Source of the DNA: Anolis carolinensis
Lineage: Eukaryota
Direction of reading: 5' to 3'
Assembly: GCF_035594765.1 (NCBI RefSeq)
Contig: NC_085846.1
Location: 23,671,190 to 23,735,189, forward strand
Length of the DNA: 64,000 nucleotides
Part shown: piece by piece, positions 25,501 through 54,542 of the stretch
Position numbering within the stretch: the stretch's first letter is position 1
Layout of the letters: each line of letters begins with the position of its first letter
The notes under the pieces: generated by a model
Told to the model about the DNA's origin: nothing
Databases searched by the model: none
Seen by the model: the letters and a program-made list of their open reading frames with translations, nothing else
Translations under genes and position numbers: made by a program

Positions 25501-28500
25501 ATGCTTTAAGGTCTGTGTACATAGCTTCCAACTGTTCCAATTCGGCAGAGACAATCCTGATTAAACTCCAGTGTCCCATTTTTCCATTGCTTTTAAATGC
25601 CCCAGTGCTCTTTCCTTGTATTTTCCTGCTTTGACTTCAGCTTACTTACATTGCTGTGGTGTAAAATGAGTTAAAGATGCAAAGGTAATTTGTGCTCAAC
25701 TAACTCAGCAAGAACAATTTTGCCCTTCCCAGTAAACTGTATTATTTAATAAAGCCGTATACATGGCATCTACAAACGAATCAAGGCTATTGCTACAATG
25801 CATTCATAACCTCTAACCTGGACTCAGTAGATGGTCATTTGTGTATTTCTCAATTCCTCCAGGCAGGCTGCAAGGTAGCTGTGACCATCTTCCTCTATTT
25901 CCTGGCTACCAATCACTACTGGATCTTGGTGGAAGGCCTCTACCTCCACAGCTTGATCTTCATGGCTTTCCTTTCCAACAAAAACTACTTGTGGGCCCTT
26001 ACACTCATCGGGTGGGGTAAGCATAGTCCAATTTATTCCCTCTCCTATCATCAACTTGCACAAGGACCCCCAAGCAGAACTACTGTGTGTTCTTGCATCG
26101 CAGCATATTGGACTGGATGCCCTTATGGTCTCTTCAACCCTATGATGAGGCATGAGAGAAGCCTCCCACAAGGATGGTAAAAACATCAAAACATCCGGGT
26201 GTCCCCTGGGCAACATCCTTGCAGACAGCCAATTATCTTACACCAGAAGCGACTTGCAGTTTCCCAAATTGCTCCTGACACGAGAAAAACCCCTATGATT
26301 CTATAGATGCTTAAGGTGTGAACATTACATTGTGGAGACAATGGGGATGGAAGCCAACATGAATACTTGAAAGGGATCCCATCTCATGCTACCATAGGGG
26401 TTTTCATCCCTTCTCTCATTTTTTGTTAATTGTTATCAAGTTGACTTCAACGTATGGCAACTTTCTGTAAGATAATGTATTGCAGTCTTCCTCTTTTTCT
26501 GCTGCCTTCTATCTTAGCAAGCATTATTGTCCTATCTACTGTGTAATGTCCTCTCATATTCCAAAGTACAATAATCTCATCAGATCCTTTCTCTAGCAGA
26601 GGAGGAAAGTAACAACGCAACACATACATAGTGCCTTACATTTTTACCTACTGTTTAAGATCTCACTGGAAACCCAGACATCTTTGTGCTTGCTTTTGTT
26701 TTTCTTCCTGATTTGAGGGGTTCCTGCTGTCTTTGTGTCTGTCTGGGCCAGCGTAAGAGCATCTCTGGCTGATACACAGTACGTGGCTTCTTTATTTCTC
26801 TTATATACTGTTTTGAAGATTAGGAGTGAAACTTCAAACTGGATAGGCTAATAAGCAGAGAGTTCATGAATTGCTGGAGCTTGAAAGAAATGCTTTTTTG
26901 GACTCTAACTTCTAAAATTCCTGCAGGGAATTCACTTATAGGCACATATTAAATAACCCACATTGTGGTATGGACCCAATACAATCTGCTCTTTGTTCTA
27001 AATAAAAGAAAAACTTTGATAATTGGTTTATTTGGTTTCCCAAATCCAGGCACTAGTAAAAAATCTATGCTAGATTTAAATTATGCAGTAAGGACAAAAT
27101 GTTCCATAAACCATACTTGAAATCTAGCAAAGGTAGGGTAAATAAAGCAACAGTTAAATGTGGGTGTTAATGTGGTTTTGCTGCCGAGTCTGCTTCATAA
27201 ATTGAAACTTCCCTGATTTGAATTTTGTCTGAAAATATTTTGGATTCGTGGGCTGGTGGAAGACATTCTCTTTTTCTACCAGGGCTTCTACCTGTAAATC
27301 TAGAAAAAGGGTATATCTTCCTTACAGTGTTATTTGTAAAGCAGGGCTGGGGAAGTGCTACCTTTTCATATATCTTGGACCCCAACTCCAAACTTGATCA
27401 GTTTCTATGCTTAGCAGCTTGAACAATGTGCAGTGACATGAAGTAGTGAAAAGGCTTAGGACCACAGAGTTAAGTCTCAAACATGACAAGCCAGGTACAT
27501 TGTATGGCTGGAACCTTTGCCTGTTTTTCAACTGACTGCAGCCCCTCTTTGTTAGGTGCTGGGACCTTAGTGCTGGAAGCATGAAATGGATCTACCAGAT
27601 TCCCATCTTAGCTGCAATTGTGGTAAGAAGAGCACAACAAATGGGTCGGGGAAGCTGGGAAAGAGGCAATAAAGATTTCTTGTGAATTAGTAACTGACCA
27701 GATTGAAAACTAAAGCAGGCTTCTGTATCTTTAAGGGTTGTGTACAAACATCCATTAAAGGTTAAATACATTTTCCAGAATCCCACATCCAGCACTTGGT
27801 CATGGTGGCTGGGAACTCCCAAAAACTGAAGCTCATTCTTTCTGAGTTTTATGATCTGACCACATAGTTGTGAAAGGGTGTGTCCCTCGTGGATACATAT
27901 TTTGATCCATTAAGAAGCAAGATCTTTTTCAGTAACTAACTAATATCTTGCCAATAGAAATCGTGCTTAACCTTGCCCCCATTCTGTTTGCAACTTAGAT
28001 TCTGAGAATCCCATCTCCAAATAGGCAAGGCAGGTGAGAGGCGGAAGACAAAATTTGTTTGGTCCGCCTTCTGTTTGGGCAATTGGAATTTATTTTCAGT
28101 TTTGATTGTTTGTTGATTTCATATTGCAAGTTAAACAGCCATGTAAGTAGATAAATTATCTAAGCAAATGGATAATTTGCTTACATAATGTACGTAACTG
28201 TGACATTTTCACTGGCATGAAGAATGCCTCAGTATCCTTGTATTGCTTGGCAGGTGAACTTTTTCCTCTTCCTCAACATTGTGAGAGTCCTTGCCTCAAA
28301 GCTATGGGAGACAAATGCGGGGACATTAGATCCCCGTCAACAGTACAGGTATGTGGCACAAAGCTGCGGAAGCCAATTGCCTTTTAATGCTGCAAGAATT
28401 AAGGAAGTTCTCACTGAAACACAGAGAGCAGTTGAATTTTGCATTGCCTAGTGCACTGGTTCTACCATCTGGAACCAAAGATAGAGTATGGCCCCTGTAT

Positions 28501-30388
28501 CCACTGGGGATACATTACTGGTCAGACTGGTTACCTGAAACTATGGAAATGACCCAATGGCATTAAAATGCCCAATGTCTGGTACTAATATACCATAGTC
28601 ACTGCAGAAAGTCCTGGAGCGGTATCACTCTTGAATTTGTTGGGTCCTCCAACACAATGCTATAGTAACACCTGGATGGAAGCATATCATCGAATCACCT
28701 GGGGAACCAAGCAAATTCTTAACAGACCATTTTTTTCTGGGCCAAATCACAGATATGAGTTCCCTAGTTATGGAGTCTTATTGTATTGTTAGATGGCTCT
28801 CAGAAGCCCTAAACAGCACAGCCAATGGTCAGGAGTTTTTGGGGTTGTAGTCCAACATCTGGGGACTCAAGTTGGGTAATCATTTCTACTTTTGATCCTT
28901 CTCAAGCTTCTATTTTTAAGAGATTCGTTTTACTATTCCCTTATTCCTGATTATAACATTGTTTTGCCAGAAAGCATAGTGAAGTGACCTGAAAATAGTG
29001 TCTTTTCCTTTCAGGAAGCTACTGAAATCCACTTTAGTCCTGATGCCGCTCTTTGGTGTCCATTATGTGGTGTTCATGGCCATGCCATACACAGCCATCT
29101 CCAGCATCCTTTGGCAAGTGCAGATGCACTATGAGATGCTCTTCAATTCTTTGCAGGTGGGTCCTGCTGGTGGAAGGGATTTTGTCTTTGTTTTGCACTC
29201 TTGTGTCTTACATTATTCCTTTCTCTGAACAGGGTTTCTTTGTGGCTTTTATCTACTGCTTCTGCAATGGTGAGGTAAGATACTTCTCTTCAAGTAACAA
29301 CATATGTCTCTGGATATATATTAATATAGGGGTACTTCTCTATAGTACATGAAGATATTCTGGTCTGTGAAAACATAAGGTACATCTCCTAGAGTTGTAT
29401 TTCTTCTCATTGATGCACACCTTATTTGGCTGAAGTTATTTAATGTACAAAATGGATTCTTTCCCCCAGAACCCATACTAATTTCACTTGGCCTGTTCAC
29501 CTACTGATGCTAGCGTGAGTGACTCTGGTTGTTAGATATTTTTGGGAGGACAGTTCCAAACAAACTGATTTAATTTTTCAAGATATTTTTTAGACTGCAA
29601 TTCCAAACAAAACAAAAAATCAGACAACTCTGACAAATGGCTGTCCAGTTTTGACTGACAATTTACACCTGCAAGCTCCAGGCCTCTCAACCCTGGTCAA
29701 ATTCAGTCTAGTTTTGTTCCACTCCAAGTGGCAAAAGTTCCAATATTCTTATTGTAAGGACAGATAATAGATGCAGTTCAGGAATCTAGGTTGCATTTCA
29801 TCATAATATACTTGCCTTCCCCCTCTTGGTTATACTGTGGGTATGTGAGGGTGATGTTGCATGAAAACGAAGGTAGGCAAAATATTAGAACAGATGAGAA
29901 GTGTGAAGAAGGCACTGACCATCTTGAGCTATGACTACTGTATCTATTCAGCTGCTAGAAGATGGGAATGACAATATTGTCCATGCCGCATTCTGTTTAT
30001 GATCTCTCTATATCCTCAGGTACAGGCAGAGATCAAAAAAGCCCGCTTCCGGAGAAACCTGATCCTAGACATAAAGCAAAAGACCCGAGCTACCAGCACA
30101 GGGGGGAGCTACTACTATGGGGGACTCATGTCCCATGCCACCAACAGTATCAGTCTGAGTATGGCTAGCTGGGGGGTTGCCTCCGCAACAGCTATAGCTA
30201 TGCCACTGGGGGCCAAAAACTGGCTGGTGCATCTAGCTCCCACTGCTTCTGCAACAGAATACATCCCTAGCTCCTTTGTCCTGGATGGATCACCAAGGCA
30301 AATGATGACACAGAAAGCCCATGTGGAGAATATCAATGTTTTGAGAAACTGCTCCAGCTTGAAAGAAGAGTTAGAGACTATGCTATAA
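16499..30388 (+). CDS. PTH3R: Parathyroid hormone 3 receptor (class B1 GPCR), spliced CDS of 13 exons, 544 aa
   Basis: join(16499-16576,19902-20007,20736-20846,23068-23192,24678-24772,25006-25195,25863-26016,26718-26778,27556-27622,28254-28348,29015-29156,29233-29274,30020-30388) = 1635 nt; all GT-AG and phase-consistent; PTH-receptor motifs [53 protein letters not shown]; lacks the PTH1R E2 insert. Confidence 0.9.
17640..17782. mobile_element. hAT-type MITE
   Basis: TIR caggcatgggcaaactt...aagtttgcccatgcctg; near-perfect 8-bp TSD (a/t)tctacac. Confidence 0.7.
19438..19571. mobile_element. hAT-type MITE (palindromic)
   Basis: TIR ca(a/g)tggttctcaacct...aggttgagaaccactg; relatives at 22359-22493, 52316-52451, 61023-61156. 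Confidence 0.7.
19902..20007 (+). CDS. PTH3R: PTH3R exon 2
   Basis: [35 protein letters not shown]. Confidence 0.92.
20736..20846 (+). CDS. PTH3R: PTH3R exon 3
   Basis: [37 protein letters not shown]. Confidence 0.92.
22359..22493. mobile_element. hAT-type MITE
   Basis: Perfect 8-bp TSD gcttaggc and TIRs. Confidence 0.75.
23068..23192 (+). CDS. PTH3R: PTH3R exon 4
   Basis: [29 protein letters not shown]. Confidence 0.92.
23678..23995 (+). mobile_element. Sauria SINE, full length
   Basis: 11-bp TSD tattggtgcaa. Confidence 0.85.
24678..24772 (+). CDS. PTH3R: PTH3R exon 5 (TM1)
   Basis: [32 protein letters not shown]. Confidence 0.92.
25006..25195 (+). CDS. PTH3R: PTH3R exon 6 (TM2, ECL1)
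   Basis: [28 protein letters not shown]...RTQL. Confidence 0.9.
25863..26016 (+). CDS. PTH3R: PTH3R exon 7 (TM3, ICL2)
   Basis: [51 protein letters not shown]. Confidence 0.92.
26718..26778 (+). CDS. PTH3R: PTH3R exon 8
   Basis: [21 protein letters not shown]; GAG acceptor. Confidence 0.88.
27556..27622 (+). CDS. PTH3R: PTH3R exon 9
   Basis: [22 protein letters not shown]. Confidence 0.92.
28254..28348 (+). CDS. PTH3R: PTH3R exon 10
   Basis: [32 protein letters not shown]. Confidence 0.92.
29015..29156 (+). CDS. PTH3R: PTH3R exon 11
   Basis: [26 protein letters not shown]...EMLFNSLQ. Confidence 0.92.
29233..29274 (+). CDS. PTH3R: PTH3R exon 12 (42 nt, TM7)
   Basis: [14 protein letters not shown]. 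Confidence 0.92.
30020..30388 (+). CDS. PTH3R: PTH3R exon 13 (C-terminal tail)
   Basis: [14 protein letters not shown]...KEELETML*. Confidence 0.9.
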   Translation, partial: VQAEIKKARFRRNLILDIKQKTRATSTGGSYYYGGLMSHATNSISLSMASWGVASATAIAMPLGAKNWLVHLAPTASATEYIPSSFVLDGSPRQMMTQKAHVENINVLRNCSSLKEELETML

Positions 30389-31294
30389 AGAGAACTTATG
30401 AATGTGATATTAAGATTAGATCCCTAAGCAAGTTGCAAGCAAATTATGAAGTCATGAGATAGTTATCATTGGATTAGGAAGAATTACCATAATTAAGCTA
30501 CCAAAATCAGCATGAAAAATAGCCCAGAGTATTAACTATCAAATTCGTACACTGTAGATTTACATTTAATGCTCCTGAATCCAGAACGGTGATGCAAACA
30601 TGGCCTGATGAAGTAATAACAATCATCCACATATGCGCAGTTCTGTTTTATTTGGGCGTAGGGCATATGCCATTTCTTTTATCAAGGAGGACATCATCTC
30701 TTCACATTCATCAATTTCAAGTCTCGTTAGCAATAAATGAGTTGTGGAAAAACTCTTTTTCATCTGCTCTATCATTTATGTCAAGCTAGAATTCAAAAGG
30801 GTTCATTTTAGGGCCACAGCAGGAAATGAACAGATGAATCAACCAGTGCTTTGAACAGCAATTCCCACAGCTGTCAAGTTCAACTAGTAAGCAATGGGAA
30901 TTATGTACAAGCATTTTTCATTCTGATATTGAGTGAGAAAAAACATATTTAAGATAGCCAATGGGTGGTGGTATTACATTATTGGTTGACTATTCAGTTT
31001 GCCCTAAACAGCTCAAGAAGGTACCAATGAAAAGATGTATGTTTATTTAAAACCATATTAAGTTGACAACTCTAATTCTGTTTTATAGATTTTTCAAAAA
31101 GGGACTGATGCCTAGTTTTCAGAGGGAAGGGAGCATGTCTGCACAATGGTGAAGGCGCTCACATTGTCTATCCCACAACACTCTGCTTCTCCTCTGCTAT
31201 CTATTAACATTAACTGTACCTTAAAACAGTCACTTACAGGGCCACTACATATTTCTTCTAATGGTGATATTACGACAGGAATTTTACAGTATCC

Positions 31295-31315
31295 AGATTT
31301 ATTTTAAATAAATCT
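31295..31315. terminator. Candidate bidirectional polyadenylation signal (AATAAA on both strands)
   Basis: agatttattt-t-aaataaatct perfect inverted repeat between the converging PTH3R and DDX42. Confidence 0.4.
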
Positions 31316-33514
31316 TGACAGCATCAAACAAGGTTTGGAAGAATCTCTGAAAATTACTCCTAACGTAAAAGAAAACGATCCTTTAACATGTCCTTTAAAA
31401 AGCAACTGTTTGTTCCGATTCCAACAGGGACCACACAAATGACAAGTTTAAGCCTTCAAATATGGCAGACTTCAATTTGGTATTTTCAAAAATATGGAAT
31501 CCCTTTTCTTTAAGGTTAAACATACATATTGCTAGTCCTCTGACAGTTGGAAATACAGAGCTGTTGCTTTGTCACCAGAAAATGGTGCTGAGAGGTGAGT
31601 TAAAGTGGCAGTTACACTGGAAACATAATGCTTCAATTACATTGTGAAAAAACCCTCAGTATGACAATATCTTTTGTAGTGCGAAACTCACGAGAGGGGG
31701 AAAAAAGCCCCAAAAAAAGACACATTCTAGACAGTTGTCCTAATAATAAAACATTTACTAGAAGAGAAAGTGGAAAGTAAAGTAAATGGCATGTCTCAGA
31801 ATCTTGACACAACTTTTAAGTACTTCATCATAAAAATGAAAGTGAAAACAGAGCTATTTTAGGCAAACAAGATTTACTACCACTCTGGCAAAAAGAGAAA
31901 AAAATTCAGATTAAAAAGCCCAAGAACACACATTCAAGAAAAACAAAATCAAAACATTTTTACATTAGCTTTTTCTTTCCAGAAGTTTGCAAAAGTCAGT
32001 ATGGAAAGAGCAGCTTGCTTTTTCGCATCTCGGTATGTACACACCTCTTCAACAGCCAGTCCCAAACCTAACCAGTTTAAAACCTTCCTGGGTCGGCTCC
32101 CAAAATCACAATAACCTGATACTATATACAAAAGTCCCTACCCTCAGCGAGTTTTACTCTGGGACTGTGGGGTTAACTTCTAAAACATTCACAAAAAAAA
32201 TCTACATGAGAGTCCTACTAACGCCGTTGAGAGAATCTATATTATATTATATTTGCTGCCTCAAGAACCCCATGACTCTGCTACCTTCTTCTGTTCCCTG
32301 CAGATTTAAAGTAGCTCTATGAGCACATATGTTGAATTGAAATTGGATCAACCTGGAACCATAAAAACTTCAGTTTTAAGCAAACTGCAATTCCACTAGG
32401 TTTTGCTGAACATTTTCCTGTGGCAAGGAACAACCCAAGATGGTATAGTGTAAAAAAGCAGATTGCTGTGGAGAAGTCTGCCATATAAACCTTGAAACTG
32501 AGCATACCATGCTATTCATGAGTAATAGGAACCCGTTAGCTCCAGCCAAACCCCTTGTTGTAGGTGGGGTAACAATGGAAGGAAATGTATGCTTGTTGCC
32601 TCCAACACGCAAAAATATTTGCTCTCTCTCTGCTGCTAGCATGCAGACAGTATCAGGACAGAAGGGAGGATGGAGTAAGCAATCTGACCTTCTGCCTCTC
32701 TTCTCTGCCTTGCCTGCTGACAACACAAAAATAGGGATCTCTCCTGAAAAATCAACTAGAAAGCGTAAGCCAGCAATTAGGACAGTTTTGAAATATTACT
32801 TTTTCCATGCAGGGCCCAAAGTTCTGTGTAAATGGGCTAGTTCAACTGACGCTTCCTGACCCACCGCTGTGCTAAGGACTGCCCATTTCTCTCTCCTGTA
32901 TCAGTTGCTTGCGATGAACACCAGAGCCATCGGTCCTGACTAACATCTTCTCCTATGATGCTGTGCATGCTACAACTGCAGTGTACATGCCAAATAATAC
33001 AAACGGGAATCAAGAATGCACACTGAGTCCACTGTGACCAATAGAAAATGTTGCAGAAACACTGAGGCCTTGGGGATAAAAAAAAGGGCAACTGGTCATC
33101 TATTGGTAAAGACGGGGGGGGGGGGGGTGTATTAACACAAGCCCACATTGAAATGAATAAAATTAATTGCTGAAACCTTATGTGGACATATCCAGTCTAA
33201 AAAGGAAACACACATAAAAATGTTTGGGGTCTTGCTAAAGCGGACCAGTCTGCTGGAACCCCCTTGAGGTGGACGGATATTTAAAAGGCGGAGCAGAGTG
33301 GAATTCCATAAAAGGGAATGCTTTCCTGTTGACCACAGCACAACACTGACGTGCCAATGAAGTATTGTTGTTTGCAAATGCACCAGCCAAGGCTTGGTTG
33401 GGGATTGCTGCTGTTTGTCGTTGTTCTTCTCAACAGTATTTGTTGGTAGAGAGAGACTCCTCGCAGAGATCGAGAGGGGCAGGCGCCTTGCTGTTCAGTT
33501 GGGAGCCTGGGCTC

Positions 33515-50749
<17,235 letters not shown>

Positions 50750-53299
50750 GATGTCTGTGATGTGTCTGATAATAATGAAGTTATATACCAAGTATTAAGA
50801 CAACTCTCTTGTTTCAATATTAGAAAAACAACTAATTCACTGTCCTAAAGAGTAAAACTGAAGTTTAGTCCAATGTAGAAGGTTTATCCACTAATAAAAG
50901 CGTACAGTTCGATTCAGGTCTTAATATCCAACCCAGATTTTCCCAATTGTTGATTCAATAAAACTTCACAACAAAAGAGGATTAAATCCTTACGAACTGA
51001 AAATCAAACAGTGGTGAAACTATCATACTAGCAAGAAAGAAGTGACTTTGGTGGAAGAACCAATGTCTCCCAATTCTTCTTGGTCTTGAGCTTCAGGGGA
51101 CTTTTCCCCCACACTGATACTTCTCTTTTTCATTTTTATTTTTTAATTTCTGCAGTTTTGGGGGAAGACAGGGTTTTGAACTTAATAACTTCATAGATTT
51201 TTCGGAACTGGCTTTCTCCCACTTTCACAGCAAACTGATTAAAACAGCATGTAACATTTGATTTTATAGATACTACATGCATAATGATTTATCAAAACCA
51301 TTAAAATTTACAGGTTTGAGCAGGGCTCATATTTGCCTTCAAAACTTAAAGTCTGTTGTTCATTATTAGAAGTAAAAACAACTTGTGTGTGTTAGATTTG
51401 TAGTCTGCCTTTTCCCCAGAGATGTTATGAAACATGGCTGTAAATGTGAAAACCTGTACCATTTTGTGCTAATATTAAAATCTTGAAACCACTCTTCATC
51501 ATTACGATACCAACTACTGTGACAACGTATGATCTGAACTGTGTGGGGTCTTCTGTTGAAATTTTGTTGGGTAGATAATACTTCCTTGGAGCCTACCGTA
51601 TATGTGTAAGGAACCAAGTAAGTGTAAGGATTAGGGCCAACAAGCATTAAGAGTCAAATCACCTGGTTGGCATCGAGAAATCTACAGCCAGGTTGGAGTA
51701 GCTGTAAGTGTACTAAAGAACATCTATGTTGTTGTTGGTAATGATGTTGTTGGTGATGTATACTGTTGGAAGATGAAGCTGCAGAGAAACTGAAGGATTG
51801 GTGAAGAAAACCAGAGAACCTATTGTCAAGAAGGTATGAGCTAACAGAGTATGAGGAAAAGGGCTGGAGAAGAGACAAGATCTTCTGTTACACATGTATA
51901 AATATTTCAGTATAAACTTTTCTATTGACAAATCAAGTTGCCATTGGAGGGGAGTGTTTCCGCTATAGGATTGCTTGGTTGTTACACACACAAACCTAAA
52001 CATTTCGCTGTGACAAAAACAAGGTTTATTTCTTCTTCTTCTTTTTCTTTGAAATGTTGTTAGAAAGGGAAATCATTTTCAAGATGTGGATAACTGAACC
52101 CATGGATACATATAATATGTGGATATGGAGGGCCAAGTATGTGCACAAGTCTGTCCCATTAGGACTTCTAAGGGCCCTTCCACACAGCCATATAATCCAG
52201 AATATCAAGGCTGATAATCCACAATATCTGCTTTGAACTGGATTATCTGAGTTCATATAGCTATATAATCCAGTTCAGTGTGGATTTTGTTCTGCTGTGT
52301 GGGAGAGTCCTAAATCAGTGGTTCTCAAACTTTGCTCCTCCAGCTGTTTTGGACTTCATCTCCCAGAAATCCCAGCCACCTTAACAGCTGTTAGGAATTG
52401 TGGGAGCTGAAGTCCAAGATATCTGGAGGAGCAGAGTTTGAGAAACTCTGACCGCAACTCCTCATACCAACTAGCCTGCTTTTTAAGATCTTGTGGTGAG
52501 GCCCTACTCTCACTTCTACCACTGTTGCAAAAGCGACTGACATCAATGAGGGAGAGGGCATTTTCGGTGGCCTCCCTAACCCTGTGAAACACCTTCCCAA
52601 AAGAAATTACAACTGCTCGCTTTCTTCTTTCAAGAACCAATTAAAAACCTTCCTACTTAGACAGGCCTTTATTGAAGGAAACTAAGCTGGAGTGATAAGA
52701 AACACCATAATGTTTATGGACTGGAACAAAGTGCAATATGATCTGACATGATACTACAAGAATGTGAATGTATATTACTGCTGTTTTAAACTGTTTCTTT
52801 TATGTTTTATACTTATTATCGATGTATTTCAATTGTTGTTTACATGATTTTAATATGTCGTTAGCTGCTTTGGGTCCCATGAGGGAGAAAAGCGGGATAT
52901 GTTATTATTAATTATTCTAAATGATTAAATGCATACCTTGCTCTCCCAATGCCCTATGAAACAGAAATAAGTGTCACTTTTCATTGCAGGGTGAGCAGGC
53001 ATAAATGAAAGTCAGTCTGAGGGTGCATTTACACCAGGCATGAGCAAACATCAGCCCTCTGGGTGTCACATAAGCTTTTGCATAGCCCATCCACTCTGAA
53101 ATTCTGGCCATTGGGACTTTGAACTCATCTGATGGAATAGACTATAACTGGACTATAATTTTTATGGTTTTTAGCAGTATTGTATGCTTTTTTATGATGT
53201 CTATCTTGCTGTATGTCTTCTATTGGCAATTAAATACTTTGCATATTTTGGAAACTGCCCTGAGTCCTCTTGGGGAGATAGGGCGGTATATAAATAAAG

Positions 53300-53334
<35 letters not shown>

Positions 53335-53959
53335 GGACTTCAACTCACACAATTCCTAACAGCCTCGGATCCTTTCTGCTTAAGGGGTCTGGGGCTGTTA
53401 GGAATTGTAGGAGTTGAAGTCCAAAAAACACCTCAAGGGCCAAAGTTTGTCCATGCCTGTTCTAGAGACTCACCAAAGTCCAAATCTAAGAGCTTTCCAG
53501 TAGTATTCTGCTTTGCCTCTCTCACTTTGCCTCTTTCACTTAAAATGAAGTTAATTTGAAATCCTGGGAGTTGTAATTTGGTGGGGCAACAGCATTCCTA
53601 AACAGCGAAGGCTTACAAAACGTACAGTTCCCATGGCAGTTCCAAGTCGTATCAAACTTCATTAATTCTGCCATGTAGATGCACCCCGAGGCCGCTATGA
53701 TCAGTATCAATTCCTCCTCAAGCTTCACGCCTACCTGGTCACCTTTGGTAAGAGGCCGGCGGATTCTTCTGAAGGCGAGAGACCAGGTCGCCTGGCGGAG
53801 GGGAAACAAACAGAGCAGGATCAGCACCAAAGGCTTCTGTGGCTGCGCTAGGCCGCGGCCCCGCCCCCTTCTCCCTTCCTTCTTCCCTAGCGACCCCACG
53901 GGGGCCTGGCAGCGCTTCCAGCGCCTTTACTTTCTTTCCCCCACCGTTTATTTCCTCAC

Positions 53960-54150
53960 CTTGTGTGACACTTCGTATTTTCTGCCCTTTCTTCCCCCGT
54001 CCCTCAGAACTCCACTCTTTTACTACGAGGGAGGAAACGGGGCGCGACGTTGGCGACCGAGACGCGATGACGTCACCGCGCAACTGATCGCTCGCGCTGT
54101 TCTCCTCCGTGGTGACGTCATCGACAGTGGCGGCTGCTTACCTTATAAAT
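53960..54150 (-). promoter_or_regulatory. DDX42: DDX42 CpG-rich promoter and probable non-coding exon 1
   Basis: CpG-dense island; donor AAG|gtgagg at 53960; two full CRE palindromes TGACGTCA at 54068-54075 and 54113-54120. Confidence 0.7.
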
Positions 54151-54542
54151 AGGCGCAGCACCGTAGAGTCAGAAAGGAGAGTCACACATGCCTTTTTATC
54201 CTCATGGGCTATTTTAAGGAGGATTAAGGCCCCTTCCACACAGCTGAATAAAATCCACACTATCTGCTTTGAACTGTAATATATGGCAGTATGGACTCAG
54301 CTAATCCAGTTCAAAGTAGATATTGTGGGTTATTCAGCCTTGATATTCTGGATTATATGGCTGTGCCACCCCACCTTTGCAATAAGAGACCAGACAACAG
54401 TGTGGGTTGAAATATGGCCAACTTTTATTTAAAACATCTGAATTAACTTTACACCTATCCCTTTCCCCTACTTTCCCCCTTCCCCCAACCTTCCCTCTCC
54501 CAGTTCCCCACCCCCCTTACCCTTTTTACCTTTCACTAATGG

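Noticed and set aside
16499-30388. Calling the receptor PTH1R or PTH2R
   Set aside because: No E2 exon, 544-aa length, NKNY and helix-8 features and DDX42 linkage fit PTH3R better
32376-33383. ORFs of 80-116 aa between PTH3R and DDX42
   Set aside because: Lie in the probable DDX42 3'UTR; no splice or homology support
51470-51545. ATGATGA (C-box-like) on - in DDX42 intron 1 as a C/D snoRNA
   Set aside because: No suitably spaced CTGA D box or terminal stem
53540-54152. Overlapping ORFs of 82-157 aa on both strands
   Set aside because: GC-rich promoter island with few stop codons; no recognisable protein
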